From: Mobula hypostoma
Lineage: Eukaryota
Length of the DNA: 64,000 bases
Assembly (NCBI RefSeq): GCF_963921235.1
Contig: NC_086097.1
Coordinates: forward strand, 197,968,001 to 198,032,000
Direction: 5' to 3'
The notes beneath the pieces are model-generated. The model was not told the origin of the DNA. It was given only the letters and a program-made list of their open reading frames with translations, and made no database searches. Below, piece by piece: positions 26,585 to 39,712 of this stretch. The translations under genes and the position numbers were made by a program. Position 1 is the first letter of the stretch. The number at the start of each line of letters is the position of its first letter.

Positions 26585-26990
26585 ATTGGTCTGCAAGAAA
26601 ATGCCAAAAGGCCCGTGAATGCTTCTTTTTAAAATGCCATTCACAGACCTGTGAGTTGCCTCCTCTTTCTCTCCCGATTCCATTTGGCCACCAGAAAAAT
26701 AGCGAAAGCCCGTGAATGCTCCTTTTTTAAATCTCACTAATGGGCCTGTTAATTGCCTCCTCCTTCACTCCTGATTTGACTGGGCCACCAGTAAAACGCC
26801 AAAAGCCCACAACACTCCTTTGTTAAATTTCACTCATGGGCCTGTGAGTTGCCTCCTCTCTCACTCCTGATTCAATTGGGCCACTGGAAAAATGGCAAAG
26901 GCTGTGAATGCTCCTTTTTAAAATCTCAGTCATGGACCTGTAAGTTTCCTCCTCTTTTGCTCCTGATTCAATTGGACCACTGGTAGAAAG
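26585..26990 (-). repeat. About 4 tandem 96-97 bp monomers in the CR1 5' UTR
   Basis: Motif TT(G/T)CCTCCT recurs at 26656, 26753, 26849 and 26945 with alignable flanks. Confidence 0.85.
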
Positions 26991-28225
26991 CCATTCCCTT
27001 TGTCAGAGGTGATAGTATTAAAGCCCAGCCACAGTTGTCAAGCATCCGTCAGTGATTCAAGTTTGGTCTGGAATTGCCACTTCACATGTGAGGTGGACTC
27101 TTCACACATGAACATTTTGTACTTTACCAGATTTCCAGACTTGAAGGCCACTGGTCTGGCCTTCAGCAGCTTGCGGATCTCTTGGTTCATCTAGGGCTTC
27201 TGGACAGGAAAGACTCTGAATGATTTTGTGAGGACAGACTTATCTACGACTATTTTTATAAAGTTTGTGACAACTGTGTTATATTCATTTAGATCCTCTG
27301 ATGAGACTTTGAATGCAGCTCAGTCCACCAACTCAAAGCAATCCCACAGCTTCTCCTCTCCCTCCCGCAACCACCTCTTTGTTGTCCTTATCTCTACAGC
27401 CTTGCTCTTAATCTTTAGATATTCCAAGTCAGGGAAACAAGAGTGCGACAAGACCACATGTCTGAGCACCACAAAGAGTTTGTCATGAAACACAGACCTC
27501 CACTTTTTGACTTCTCCAAATCAGCAGTTCGGTGCATCCTGCATATCAAGAAGCCCTCAGGTCTTACCAACGTATCCGGCATGTCAAGAGTGAGCCATGT
27601 CTCTGTGAAACAGAGAACACAGCATTTCCTTGTTTTCAATCGATACTGCAATTTTGCCCTTAGGTCCTCAATTTTGTTCTCCAGCAACTGTACATTTGAT
27701 GACAAGATGCTGAGTAGAGGAACTTTCATATCTGGCATTTTAGCCTGGCTTGGAGTTTTTCCTTCCTCCCTCTCTTCCAGCCATGGTGATGTACCTTCAT
27801 CTACTTAATGGTGCCATACCTGCATGTTTGAGAGTTAAGTCTGCTGAATCCTCCAGAAAATCATGAAATTGCTAGTTCATAAAGATGGTTCAAAAGTACT
27901 TAACTTACAGGAAATTACAGGCTGAAGATTGCCGTGAGAGTAGTTCAGAAGAAGTAGATTTAGAAGTTTTGTAAACTTACTGCAACATGTTGCCGTGTGT
28001 ACTCCAAATTAGGCCATACCAATATCTTGTACAACTTCAATGTAACATCCCATCTCCCATACTCAATACTTTGATTTATGAAGGCCAATGTACGAAAAGC
28101 TCTGCTTACAATCCTGTCTACCCGTGATGCTACTTCCAAGGAATTATGGATCTATATTCCCATATCTCTATGTTCTACCATATTCCTCAGTGCCCTACCA
28201 CTCAACATGAAAGTCCTAACCTGGT

Positions 28226-28830
28226 ATTCATAAATCAAAGTACTGAGTATAGGAGTTGGGATGTTATGGCGAGGTTGTATAAGACATTGGTGAGGCCAAA
28301 TTTGGAGTATATTTACAGTTCTGGTCACCTAACTATAGAAAGGATATCAGTAAAATTGAAAGAGTGCAGAGAAGATTTACTAGGATGTTGCCGGGTCTTC
28401 AGGAGTTGAGTTACAGGGAAAGACTGAACAGGTTAGGGCTTTATTCCTTGGACCGTAGAAGAACGAGAGGGGATTTGATTGAGGTTTACAAAATTATGAG
28501 GGGTATAGACAGAGTAAATGCGAGTAGGCTCTTTCAACTTAGATTAGGAGAGATAAATACGAGAGGACATGGCTTTAGGGTGAAAGGGGAAAGGTTTAGG
28601 GGGAACTTCTTCACTCAGAGAGTGGTGGGAGTGTGGAACAAGCTGCCATCTGATGTGGTAAATGCGAGCTCACTCTTAAGTTTCAAGAATAAATTGGATA
28701 GATACATGGATGGGAGAGGTCTGGAGGGTTATGGACTGGGAGCAGGTCAATGGGACTAGCAGAATAAAGTTTCAGCACAGACTAGAAGGGCCGAATGGCC
28801 TGTTTTCTGTACTGTAGTGTTCTTTGATTC
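28226..28830 (+). mobile_element. CR1 3' end, well preserved
   Basis: QRRFTRMLPGLQELSYRERLNRLGLYSL...FFTQRVVGVWNKLP. Confidence 0.9.
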
Positions 28831-28834
28831 TATG

Positions 28835-31800
28835 GTTTATTCTATCAAAGTGCAGCACTACATTGCAATACATAATAATATATCTATAAATTACAATAAG
28901 AAATGTATTTTTAAAAAATAAATTAAATAACCTGTGCAAAAAGAGAGAGAAAGAAGAAAGGAAAAGTAATATTGAGGTAGCGTACATGGGTTCATTGTCC
29001 ATTCAGAAATCTGAAGTACAGGGGAAGAAGCTGTTTCTAAAACATTAAGTATGTATCTTCAGGCCCCTGTACTTCTGCCTGATGGCAGCAATGAATAGTG
29101 GATATGTCCTGGGCGATGGGCGTTCTTAACGATGGACGCTGCCTTTTTGAAGCATCGTCTTTTGAAGATGTCCTTGATGCTGGACAGGCTAATGCCTATG
29201 ATGGAGCTGGCTGACTTCACAATGTTCTGCAGCTTTTACAATCCTGTGCAGTAGCCCCTCTATACCAAACAGTGATGCAATCAATGAGATTGCTTTCCAC
29301 GGTACATCTGTAGACAATTGTGAGAGTCTTTTGTGTCATACCAAATCATTACAAACTCCTAATTAAATATAGCCACCGTCATTTCTTTGTAATTGCATCA
29401 GTATGTTGGACTGGGATAAATCTTCAGAGATGTTGACACCTGAGAATTTGAATCTGCTCACCTTTCCACTGCTAACCCTTGATGAGGACTGGTGTGTGTT
29501 CCTTCTCCTTTCTGAAGTCCACAATCAGCTCCTTGGTCTTACTGATGTTGGGTGCAAGGTTTTTGATGGACCAGTACTCAATGTGCTTATCTATCTCATT
29601 CCTGCATGCCAACTTGTCACCATCTGAAATTCTGTCAACAATAGTTGTGTCATCAGTATATTTATAGATCGTATTTCAGCTGTGCTTAGCCGCACAGTCA
29701 TAGGTGTAGAGAGAGTAGAGCAGTGGGCTCATGCATCCTTGAGATGCACCAGAGTTGATTGTCAGCAAGGAGGAGATGTTATTTCCAATCCGCATTGAGT
29801 CTGATCTCCCCACGGGGAAGTCAAAGTTCAAAGTACTTTATCAAAGTATGTATACTGTATACAACCTTGAGATTCATCTTCATGCAGGCAGTCACAAAAC
29901 AAAGAAACACAATACAACCCATTAAAAAAAAACCCACAGACAAAAACCATCTAACATCCCACGTGCAAAAAAAAAGAACAAATCATGTAATCAATAAAAA
30001 AGTAAACAAATAATGCACAGAACATGAACTACAGAGTCCCTGGACCCAGTCAAGGATCCAGTTGAAGAAGGAGGTACAGAGACCCATGTTTTGGGTCTTG
30101 TTGATTAGTACTGTGGGTATGATGGTGTTGAACAATGATTTGTAATCAGAAAACAGCAGCCTGACATAGGGATTGCTATAGTTCAGAAGATCTGAGGCCA
30201 AGTGGAGAGCCAGTGAGATTGTATCCACCATAGAACTATTGTGGCAATAGGCCAATTGCAGTGGGTCTACAGCTTTGGATAATCAGGAGTTAGATCTGGC
30301 CAGCCTCTCAAAGCACTTCATCAGAGTATATATAAGTGCAACAGGGCTATAATTACTGAGGCAGATGACCCTGCTCTTTTGGGCACTGGTATAATTGCCA
30401 CCATTTTGAAGCAGGTGGGAACTCTGACTGCAGCAGTGAGAGATTGGAGATGTCCTTGGACACTCCTGCCAGTTGGTTGGCGCAGGTTTTCAGTGCCCTG
30501 TCAACTACACTAGCAGGGCCTGATGACTTGCGAGGGTTCTGAGACAGAGATCACAGGGTCATCAGATGCTGCAGGCATTTGCATAGGTGTGGTTTTATTC
30601 TCCCTTTCAAAGTGTGCATAAAAGGCATTGAGCTCATCTGGGAGTGAAGCAGCACAGACGTTCATGATGTTAGGTTTCACCTTGTAGGAAGTAATGGCCT
30701 GCAAACCCTTCCAGAGCTGATGTGCATCCAGTTCTCTAAATTCAATCAGAATTGTTTTTCTCTTGCTCTTAAAAGAGCCTTCCATAGGTCATACCTGGAC
30801 TTCTTGTATAGTTCTTGATCACCGGTCTTGAATGCCACATACCTAGCCCTCAGCAGACTACGAATCTCCTGGTTCATCCATGGATTTTGGTTTGGGTATG
30901 TCTGGTATGTTCTCGAAGGCAAACACTCATCCATGCAGTTCTTAATGAAGTCAGTGGCAATGGTGAAGTATCCATTCAGATTCAAAGATAATTGCCTGAA
31001 TATTGTCCAATCCATTGACTCAGAGCAGTCCAGTAAGGGCTCCTCTGCCTCCCTTGTCCATACCTCCTTGGTCCTCACCACTGGTGCTGCAATCTTTAGT
31101 CTCTACCTGTTCCCTAGGAGTAGAAGTACAGCCAGGTGTGAATGGACTTTCAAAAGTGTGGATGGCAGAGTAACTGTTCTTGATGGTGATATAGCAGCGG
31201 TCAGCTGTGTTGGCTCCTCTGGTTCCTCAGCTGATAAACTGGTGGTGGTTGTTCGGAGATTTCTTCAAGGAGGCCTGGTTGAAATCCCCTGCAATGATAG
31301 GGAAGGCATCAGGGCGTGCTGTTTTCTGATTGCTGATCATGGTGCTCAGCTCCTCTGGTGCCTGCTTGACTTTGGCCTGAGGTGGAATGTACACCGCTAC
31401 CAGGATAACAGTGGAAAACTCCCTTGGCAGATAAAATGGGTGACATTTGACCACTAGATAGTCCAGGTCAAGTGAGCAGGACTGAAATAGAACTGCCACG
31501 TCTTGTACCACAATGACTTAATCATAAAGCATACTCCACCTCATCTACCTTTAAAAGACTCAGATGCCCTGTCTTTTTGGTGAATTGTGAAGCCATCGGG
31601 CTGCAGCGTTTCATCTAAAATGGTGGGGATGCGCCATATTTCCATGAAGCAAAGTGCACAGCAGTCTTTGATGCACCTCTGGTCCTGCAATCTTGCTCTG
31701 AGGTCTTTGGAGTCTGTACGTTCCACAGCAGGATAGCAGGAGTGGGGGCCCACTCTAAGGCCACTGCACTTTAATTGTACCTGTAGCCCAGCACACCTTC

Positions 31801-31930
31801 CATGCTTCCATTTACTTAAAGGGGAATTACACTCGTAACCTGACTCTGACATTTGGGATTGCTGATTTCAAGGATCAATAGATTTTTAAAAATGTTTCAA
31901 GACAATGTTGCTTACTGCAGTACCCATGGA
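28835..31930 (-). mobile_element. Near full-length degenerate Rex1/Babar LINE (second Rex tail nested at about 29821-30040)
   Basis: Endonuclease PFYLPREFSTVILVAVYIPP..IIAGDFN, YPNQNPWMN, RT VRLLFSDYKSLFNTIIP. Confidence 0.85.
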
Positions 31931-32539
31931 TATATTATGCATTAACACATTCATACTTCCACAACAGTGTGGGGCATCAATATTTATCTTTAAAGGCCTT
32001 TTCTTCTTTTTGCTTGAAGGACTGGTACCCATTATAGAGTTCTTTTGATGTCAGATTGTGGTTGTAACGTCGTGCAGTGATAGATTCTTTGCTTAATAAG
32101 AGTCAGTATTAGTTTAAAGCTATTCTGTTTACTGCTAATATTTAATATGTGGAATTAATGAAATGATATTTTTGTGCAAGTTAAATAACTGCAAAATAAA
32201 CATTATTCCCAAAGCAATTGTTTGATGAAAGTATTTGGCTAGACCTAAGAACGGGGTTGACACTTTTTAATATGTCCTTTCACACATATAAAATATGAAT
32301 AGTGAAACTCAATTTATTTAAAGAATATTTGAGAATATTTCTATTCTGGAGAAAGCAATGCAAAATGAGTTTTTTTCCATAAATAATGCCAATTCATTGT
32401 TTCATGATCATTAGATTTTATATTCAGTGTGATACTACTTAAAATAAAGACAACCAGTATATGAACATATTTGCTAAAAATGCAGATTATGTTTCAATAT
32501 TATTCAGTGTGATTTAACACAGTGATGATTTATAGATGG

Positions 32540-32985
32540 AAAACCTCAGAGGTTGTTCAATGTCACTCCAACAAGTCACTAGCTGTGACCCTACCCACAG
32601 CTCAAAATTCAGCAGCGTGTCCGAACAACTCATTTACACCTATTTTACCAGTGCACCAAAAATGTAGTGAGGCTTTTTACAAACACATCACAAAATCACA
32701 ACACTGCAGCTACTGCTCCTTAATTGCGCATTGGTTGCAAGTGCTTGGAAATGCCTTCATCCGCAAGTTACCCTTCAAGCTCACCCACTGTTCAGTCTTA
32801 CAAATACACTGCCATTGCTTTATCATTACTGCGCCTACCGGGACTCCCCACAGAATTGCACCATTGAATTGCCTTCACCAGAAGGACTAACATTTTGGGA
32901 AGGAAACTCATGACCAATTTCTCTGAGGCCTTTAGAGTTGGCTGAGAAGCTCTATCTTCGTCAGTGGAGTAGTAATAAAAAAACA
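32540..32985 (+). mobile_element. Ancient L2/CR1-type 3' fragment
   Basis: CCCTTCAAGCTCACCCACTGTTCAGTCTTACAAATACACTGCCATTGCTTTATC resembles old chondrichthyan LINE 3' ends; ends in AATAAA. Confidence 0.4.
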
Positions 32986-33876
32986 AGCTGTGCTGTGTTT
33001 TGATACAAAATCATATCTTCCTTAAAAGGAGCATTGAGGAGATACTTCTGTCATTGCAGTTAAACCAAGATTAACTTGCCGCAGGATCATTCACTGCCAA
33101 GTGTTCTCCTGCTAACCGTGACTCTTTCCATCCTCATAAGTTCATTAGAATAGGGTACTAAAATATAAATGTATCATGATTATCAAGATAAAACATATTA
33201 AAACTAAATTAAGGCTCATTAAATGGCACAAAATGACATTTTGATTTGAAATGGACATACAATGTATCTTAAGCATGAACAGAAAGTAATATGTAATGGT
33301 AAAATCTGCTTAGCAGACTTTCTACTGTCACTGGGGAAAGTGATTCCACTTCCTTCATTGCTGGCTCCTGCCATTATACCAAAATGCTCATACTAAAAGA
33401 AACCCTATTTAAAACAAAATATGCAAACTGCTTTTCAAATAACAGACTTAGTCTAGAAAATTGACGATCAATATTGATTTATCACATTTAGCTCTTTGCA
33501 TTTAAATGAAAACATAATGTATACTGCAAAGGTATATTTTAATTTTAATGTATATTTGAAATAGAATAAATTTAGAAAATTGAACTTTTTTCATAAATTA
33601 ACCGTGGATGTGCAAACATAATTTTGTTTTCCATTTTAATATTTTATATGTTGAATTTGAACAATTCTGTAAATACAATTTAGTTGTACAAAAATAGCAC
33701 ACAAAAACAGATGGAAATGGCTGCAAAGCTATCAGGTGATTTTAGTTTCCGTGCATTCCTTTTGAATTTAGAACATTGAAATATCATAATGAAATACACT
33801 CATGCATCAGGAGCATAGAAGGAAACATAGCACAATGGGTCAGTATTAAGGCAGGTACAATTTTACCTTTTCTGGA

Positions 33877-33890
33877 TCAGCAGGTGGCAA
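33877..33890 (+). promoter_or_regulatory. CTCF-like motif
   Basis: TCAGCAGGTGGCAA versus CCASYAGRKGGCRS, in non-repeat sequence. Confidence 0.35.
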
Positions 33891-34034
33891 CCTGCTACCT
33901 ACAAACTCCCTAAGTGATAGAGCCAATGCAGGGTTGCCCTGTGAAGCCTAAAGCTAAAACATTTACCACCCCAAAGTTCATCCTATGACTATGTGCCTTT
34001 CCCCAGCTGCATTAGTTTTCTTCCAGCCCCAAAA

Positions 34035-34395
34035 ATGGAACAAAAAAGTCTACAGAAACTGGTTGATGTGGCCTTGTCCATCACTGCCACAAGAAAACAG
34101 CATCCATCATCAATGACTACTACCATTTAGGACATGCTCTTTTCTCACTGCTACCTCACTGCACAGCAGCCTTAAATCCCACACCACCAGCTTCAAGAAC
34201 AGTTTTTACCCTACAGAAATTAGGCTCCCAAACTGCCATGGATAGCCACTCACCACAACTCTGAATTGATTCTACTACTGGTAGACACAGTTTCAATGAT
34301 TCTTTACAACTCATGTTCTCAGTATTATTTTTATTTTAATTGTACAGTTTTTTTTATTTCCCTGTAACTAAAATATGAATTTCAAGGTTTTATAT
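34035..34395 (+). mobile_element. Rex1/Babar 3' fragment (tail resumes at 38230-38268)
   Basis: GCAGCATCCATCATCAA-type and CACACCACCAGCTTCAAGAACAG motifs; TTGAACTTTGA tail after the hAT. Confidence 0.7.
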
Positions 34396-37300
34396 GAGTG
34401 TTTCCCAACCTTCTTTAGCCTGATAACCCCCGGAAGCACTTTTGTACTTGCTGATGTGCCCCCAGAGCACCTTCATATACTTCCTGGTACTCCCATAGTG
34501 TAAAAACATGTCTACCATATGCTAACATGAGAAAAATGATTCCGCTTTAAATTTTTATTTTTTCTTTAAACCTAGCTTACACAGTACCTGTGTGCTGTAC
34601 AGCAGCTTTGGTATCAACATGATTATTGAGCGTGATGGTTGGTAGCAAGAGTTGAAATATCTGGTTCAAGTTGTGACAGCAAAAGCCTTAAATCATCATG
34701 TGAAACAATGTCCAAACAGTTTCTGTTTTTGTGAGTATGTGGTTCACTGCACTGAAGTCTCTTTCAATAAGTTAGGAGGAAGGAAATACAATGGAAAACA
34801 ATTTGGCTCTTCTGCAAAAACTAGGAAACTTTATTTGACAGTGTAGCCACATACCACAAAAGCTAACATTTTTGAAAAGGATTTTTGCTTCTACATCATT
34901 CTGAATTTTGATAATATCCTCTTGCAAGCTCTCTTCCTGTTCTCCCACCTTACAAAGAAATGGGTTAATTACCCAGTCTGGAATCTCCAAATCATTTAAA
35001 TCATTGAATTGATTCTGAAAATTCTGAAAAGTGTCTGCAGGTGTAAGCAGTACTCTTGCAAATCACAGTCTGTGAAAGAGAGTGCCATACTTTTCATGCA
35101 GGGAAACTGTGAAAACGTTCTTCTCCTGATGTTTTGCTTATAAATTTCCAATTTTCCAATAACAGTGGAGACTGCACATTTTGCCTAGATTAAATTGAAA
35201 TTCTCATCCTGCATTCTCATATTTAGAATGTTCATTTTGTCATACAAATTACTTAGGTATGCCACATCTCCACATAAAAGTTCAATCTTGTTTCCCAAGC
35301 TCTTGTTGACCTTGAGCAAAAATTTAACTACGCAGTAAAAAAGATCAAAGGAACATTATAAGCTGCAGTCTTTTGACAATCAACACACTTCAGTGAGAAG
35401 AAGCAAGCATTCAAACTCCATCAATATCTTGGAAAAACTGGTGAAGTAGTTTCCATTTTAATGGATGAGCTTTAAATTTGTTGATAGCAGATATTACAGG
35501 AGTCATGCTTGAAAAAAGTCATTGGCTAAGGTTTTTGGCAATGGATTGCAAACAGACTTGGAATTTCTTTTTTCACAAATGCCACTAAACCAGCATGGTG
35601 ACCTGTCATATATGGTGCTCCATCTGTTGCACAAGAAATCATGTTTCTAATCAGAATGCTTTTATCCTCAATATACATTTTGCGTTCATCATAGGTTGAT
35701 TCTCTGTTGATACTTGTTTTTAACTTTTTTACAAAAGAGAATATCTTCATAAAATTTTCCATTTTTGGCAAACTGTATATATGCAATTAGTCAGTGCTTT
35801 ATTGTCTTTGAAGATTATAATGAGTGCAGTAGATAGAGGGGAACAGATGGACGTTATTTATTTGGATTTCCAGAAGGTGTTCGATAATGTGCCGCATAAA
35901 AGACTTATCCATAAGATAAGGATCCATAGAGTTGGGTGTGATGGATAGAGGATTGGTTAACTAATAGAAAACAGAGAGTTGAGATACATGGGTGTTACTC
36001 TGGTCGGCAATCAGTGGTGAGTGATGTGCTGCAGGGGTTGGTGCTGGGCCTGCAACTGTTCATAATATACATTAACGATTTGGAAGAGGGGACCAAATGT
36101 GGTGTATCTAAGTTTGCTGACGATACTAAATTAAGTGGAAAAACAAAATTGTGCAGAAGATATGGAGATTCTGCAGAGAAATCTAGATAGGTTAAATGAG
36201 TGGGCAAGGGTCTGGAAAATGGAGTACAATGTTGGTTAATGCAAGGTCATCCTCTTTGGAAGGAAAAATGGAAGAGCAGATTATTACTTAAATGATAAAA
36301 AATGCAGCATGCTGCTGTGCAGAGGGACTTGTGAGTTCTTGTGCATGAATCATGAAAGGTTGGTTTGCAGGTGAAGCAGGCTATCAAGAAGACAAATGGG
36401 ATGTTGGCCTTCATTGCTAGAGTTATTGAACTTAAGAGCAGGGAGGTTATGCTGCAACTGTACAGGGTACTGGTGAGGCCGCACCTGGAGTACATCGTGT
36501 AGTTCTGTTCTCCTCACTTGAGGAAGGATATATTGGCTTTGGAGTCGGTGCAGAGAAGGTTCACCAGGTTGATTCCAGAGATGATGGGGTTAGACTATCA
36601 GGAGAGATTGAATCATCTGGGACTGTACTCGTTGGAATGCAGGGGAATGAGAGGAGATCTTACTGAAACATATAAAATTATGAAAGGGACAGGAAAGATG
36701 TTTCCACTGAAAGGTGAGACTAGAACTAGGGAACATAGCCTCAAGATTCAGGGGAATAGATTTAGGATGGAGGTGAGGAGGAACTGCTTTTCTCAGAGAG
36801 TGGTACATCTGTGAAATTCTCTGCCCAATGAATCAATGGAGGCTACCTAAGTAAATATACTTAAGACAAGGTTGGATAGATTTTTGCATAGTAGGGGATT
36901 TAAGGGTTATGGGGAAAAGGCAGGTAGGTGGAGATGAGTTTATGGGCAGATCAGCCATAATCCTATTGAATGACAGAGCAGGTTCGATGGGCCAGATAGC
37001 CTATTCCTGCTCCTATGTCTTTAGTGTTCACAGTTGACTCATTCCAAATTCTGTTTTTGTAGCTCTGTGCATAGTTGATACTCAATGCCTTTGCTCATTT
37101 CTTCAATATGACCAGCTACAGAGTTACTATCAGAGGAATTGATTTTCAAATACTGGTATCCGTCTTGAAAACAGTAGTGAACACTTCTGATACAGCAGTT
37201 ATTATTTTCTTTCACTAATTGTATGAGATTTTGCACACTTTGCTATCATTTAGGAAATGTTATAAGAAGCAACGAGACCACTATTAAAGTCATTTTTAGC

Positions 37301-38221
37301 TTTCTTGACAAATGACGAGTGTGCAATGCTTTTCAAATGCTTCTTCCATCTTCTGAAACTGAGTAATACCATAAGTCGCCTTTTCAGAGTGTCTATATAT
37401 CAGAGTGTATCCAGTATTCTCGATGTGGCTTCCTCTATAATGATGAGACAAAAATTGGGAATGCCTATAGGATGTTGACGATGGCAGCAAGTTGACATGG
37501 AAGGAACGATGGTAATGGCACCCAAAGAAATGACAAGGCAAAGATGAAGACAATCACAACAGTGAAAATTACGTTGCTGTGGATTCATATTGGAATCTGA
37601 ATGTTAGTTGAGATAGAGCTGGTGTTCGGCAGCTACCTTTATAATATTCCAGTTAGCGCAATCGCTAAGGTCTCATAATCCCCAAAAATGGTTCCTGACC
37701 ACACATAAGAAGCTAAGGTCGCTTTGGAAACCTCAAGAGGAATCCTCGGGGTTGGCATGTTCACTGATTGGCTCTACATTCCTGTTCCATTCCAGTCAGT
37801 GTGACCTGTTTTCCGTAGATCTGTAGAGCAAGTTGAGAGGGTGTACTTGACTTGTCAACTGTTAAATTGCATGAACTCATTCCATGCCACAAGTCAAGGG
37901 GAGCTGTTGGGCACCCTGGTTGCTAATTTATGCATCACCAATAATAGCGGTTTGGTTGGTAAGATCGGATGAGTTTGCTGAGTTTCAGATGTGTTGTGAC
38001 GACAAGTACTCACCGCCTGCAGAGTTGCGGCTCTTCCTGTATTCCAGTGCCTCATCCTTTATAATGGAAGTGTCTGCTCTATTAACGGTTAGTCAAGTCT
38101 CATGCCTCAAGTTAGGGTACCGCTTACTGTCCTCCCCAAGAATCTTGAATACTCTCCGATGACTTTTATTTCCCATTAACGTCCCCTTAGGACAAGTAAC
38201 CATCCCCATTGGGAATCACTG
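34396..38221 (-). mobile_element. Complete but decayed hAT transposon, Buster/Charlie family
   Basis: 8-bp TSD TTTTATAT (34388-34395, 38222-38229); TIRs GAGTGTTTCCCAA / TTGGGAATCACTG; transposase fragments SCATDGAPYMTG..LFAIHC and IPDWVINPF..LQED..QND..FPSS. Confidence 0.9.
35806..37020 (+). mobile_element. 5'-truncated CR1 inserted in the hAT transposase
   Basis: YLDFQKVFDNVPH, KFADDTKL, LESVQRRFTRLIP, CR1 3' UTR. Confidence 0.9.
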
Positions 38222-38299
38222 TTTTATATAGTAATACATATGCATTTTGATATGAACCTTGAACTTTGAGATCTACTGGCTGTCAGGTTAATAAATCCT

Positions 38300-38425
38300 G
38301 CAAAACACACACAAAATGCTGGAGGAACTCAACAGGTCAGGCAGCATCCCATTCAGGACTGGGAAGGAAAGGGGAAAACACCAGAATAAAAAGGTGGGGG
38401 TGGGGAAGGAGGTGATCAGGGCTAG
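38300..38425 (-). mobile_element. PLE-type repeat, ribozyme region deleted
   Basis: CACACAAAATGCTGGAGGAACTCAACAGGTCAGGCAGCATC joined directly to CAGGACTGG. Confidence 0.7.
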
Positions 38426-38439
38426 GGAACTGAAAATTG

Positions 38440-38838
38440 AAAGTGTTTATAATAAATCTGGTGACATGGACAGTGATGCAGGCATAAGGGCCAATCAGAC
38501 GGCATGCTTGGAAATTGGCATCCTGTCATTGGTGAGTTCTGGGGTCAATACTGAAGGTCAAGTAGAAGTCCAGATGTCGAGGCCCAATGTCTGTGAGTCG
38601 GTGAGTCCATTGGAGGCTGGAGGTGTGTGTGTGTGAGTGAGCACGTGGGTAAGATGAATAAAAGGGCCTTGTTTTACTGAATATTGTGGGCATGCTATGT
38701 TAGTGCCAGAATATGAAATGGTACTTGGAGGCTGCCCCAAGCACAACCTTAGGTTGTGTTGGTTCTTATCCAAATGACACATTTCACTGTATGTTTCAAT
38801 ATACATGTGATAGATAAATAAATAAATCTGAATCAAAA
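38440..38838 (+). mobile_element. SINE-like repeat with a Rex-type tail
   Basis: TGTGGGCATGCTATGTT...GGCTGCCCC..CAC...ACATTTCACTGTATGTTTC..TACATGTGA..AATAAATCTGAATC. Confidence 0.5.
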
Positions 38839-39509
38839 TCAGAATAGAGAAGCACCCAGAGATGAAAAGTGCCATAATGAACAGTCAACGTGGACATCAG
38901 AAGCAGAAATCATCGATGACCAACTTAATGCTGGAATTAAGTAGGGTTATGTAATACTGTTGCTATCATTTATTTAAAAATTTAAAAGACCTTTTTTATG
39001 GTAAACTAGCATAATGAATATGATCAAAGAATGCAGACTTGGGAACATAAGCAGAATAAATTGCCACTGGATTCACGACAAAAAACAGAGAAAGTGAGTA
39101 AAGGTTAGCCACTCACAATGGAAGCAGGTGGGCTGTTGGTTTCATGAGGATCTATGCTAGGATCACTGGTATTCACTATTTACATTGAAGATTTAGACTC
39201 TGGTATCAAAGTTGAAATATGTATCTTTGTAGATTCAGGAATAGGAGCGAGGTGTGGGAAATATCCAGTACTGAAGAGGGTTGCAACAAGTTACAGGAAG
39301 ATGTTAATAAACATGTATAATAAAGTTCAAAATAGATAAATGTTGAATAGTACATTTTGGGAAGAGTAGAAACAAGATCACTTCTTTTTTGGATGGGGTG
39401 GCTCTGTGAGGTAGAGGGGCCTTGGAGCAGAACCTCATCAATAACTGAAAGTTACATCACAGTTTAGAAAGCTGTAAAGAAAAAGAAAAAAAATCAAATC
39501 GAGGTACAG

Positions 39510-39712
39510 CAACACACATCAAAGTTGCTGGTGAACGCAGCAGGCCAGGCAGCATCTGTAGGAAGAGGTCCAGTCGACGTTTCAGGCCGAGACCCTTCCT
39601 GACGAAGGGTCTCGACCTGAAACGTCGACTGCACCTCTTTGCGTTCACCAGCAACTTTGATGTGTGTTGCTTGAATTTCCAGCGTCTGCAGAATTCCTGT
39701 TGTTTGCGTTTA
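39510..39712 (+). mobile_element. Young hairpin PLE-derived insertion with hammerhead core
   Basis: 14-bp TSD AAATCGAGGTACAG (39496-39509, 39713-39726); near-perfect inverted arms; core CTGACGAAGGGTCTCGACCTGAAACGTC at 39599-39626. Confidence 0.9.

Larger units (their letters stand above)
22200..26990 (-). mobile_element. Near full-length degenerate CR1 LINE nested in the Rex element
   Basis: ORF1 zinc-finger remnant (MACSLNEMWE..TRC), SGNH esterase (GFRFLDHWDLFW..IHLNPRG), endonuclease (LNACSIWNK), RT (QHGF..FQKAFDKMPH), CTTATG tail. Confidence 0.9.
19485..27999 (-). mobile_element. Near full-length Rex1/Babar LINE hosting nested insertions
   Basis: TTTGAAC tail at 19485; RT motifs [10 protein letters not shown] and KCFERLV; N-terminal endonuclease LSSNVQLLENKIEDL..LCFTETWL at 27415-27738; TACT repeated at both junctions. 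Confidence 0.8.

Noticed and set aside
26585..26990. CRISPR-like array
   Set aside because: Whole units are homologous with no unique spacers, no cas genes, and the context is vertebrate.
34772..37400. Domesticated ZBED/SCAND3-like host gene
   Set aside because: Multiple stops and frameshifts, a CR1 insertion, and retained TIRs and TSD show a dead transposon.
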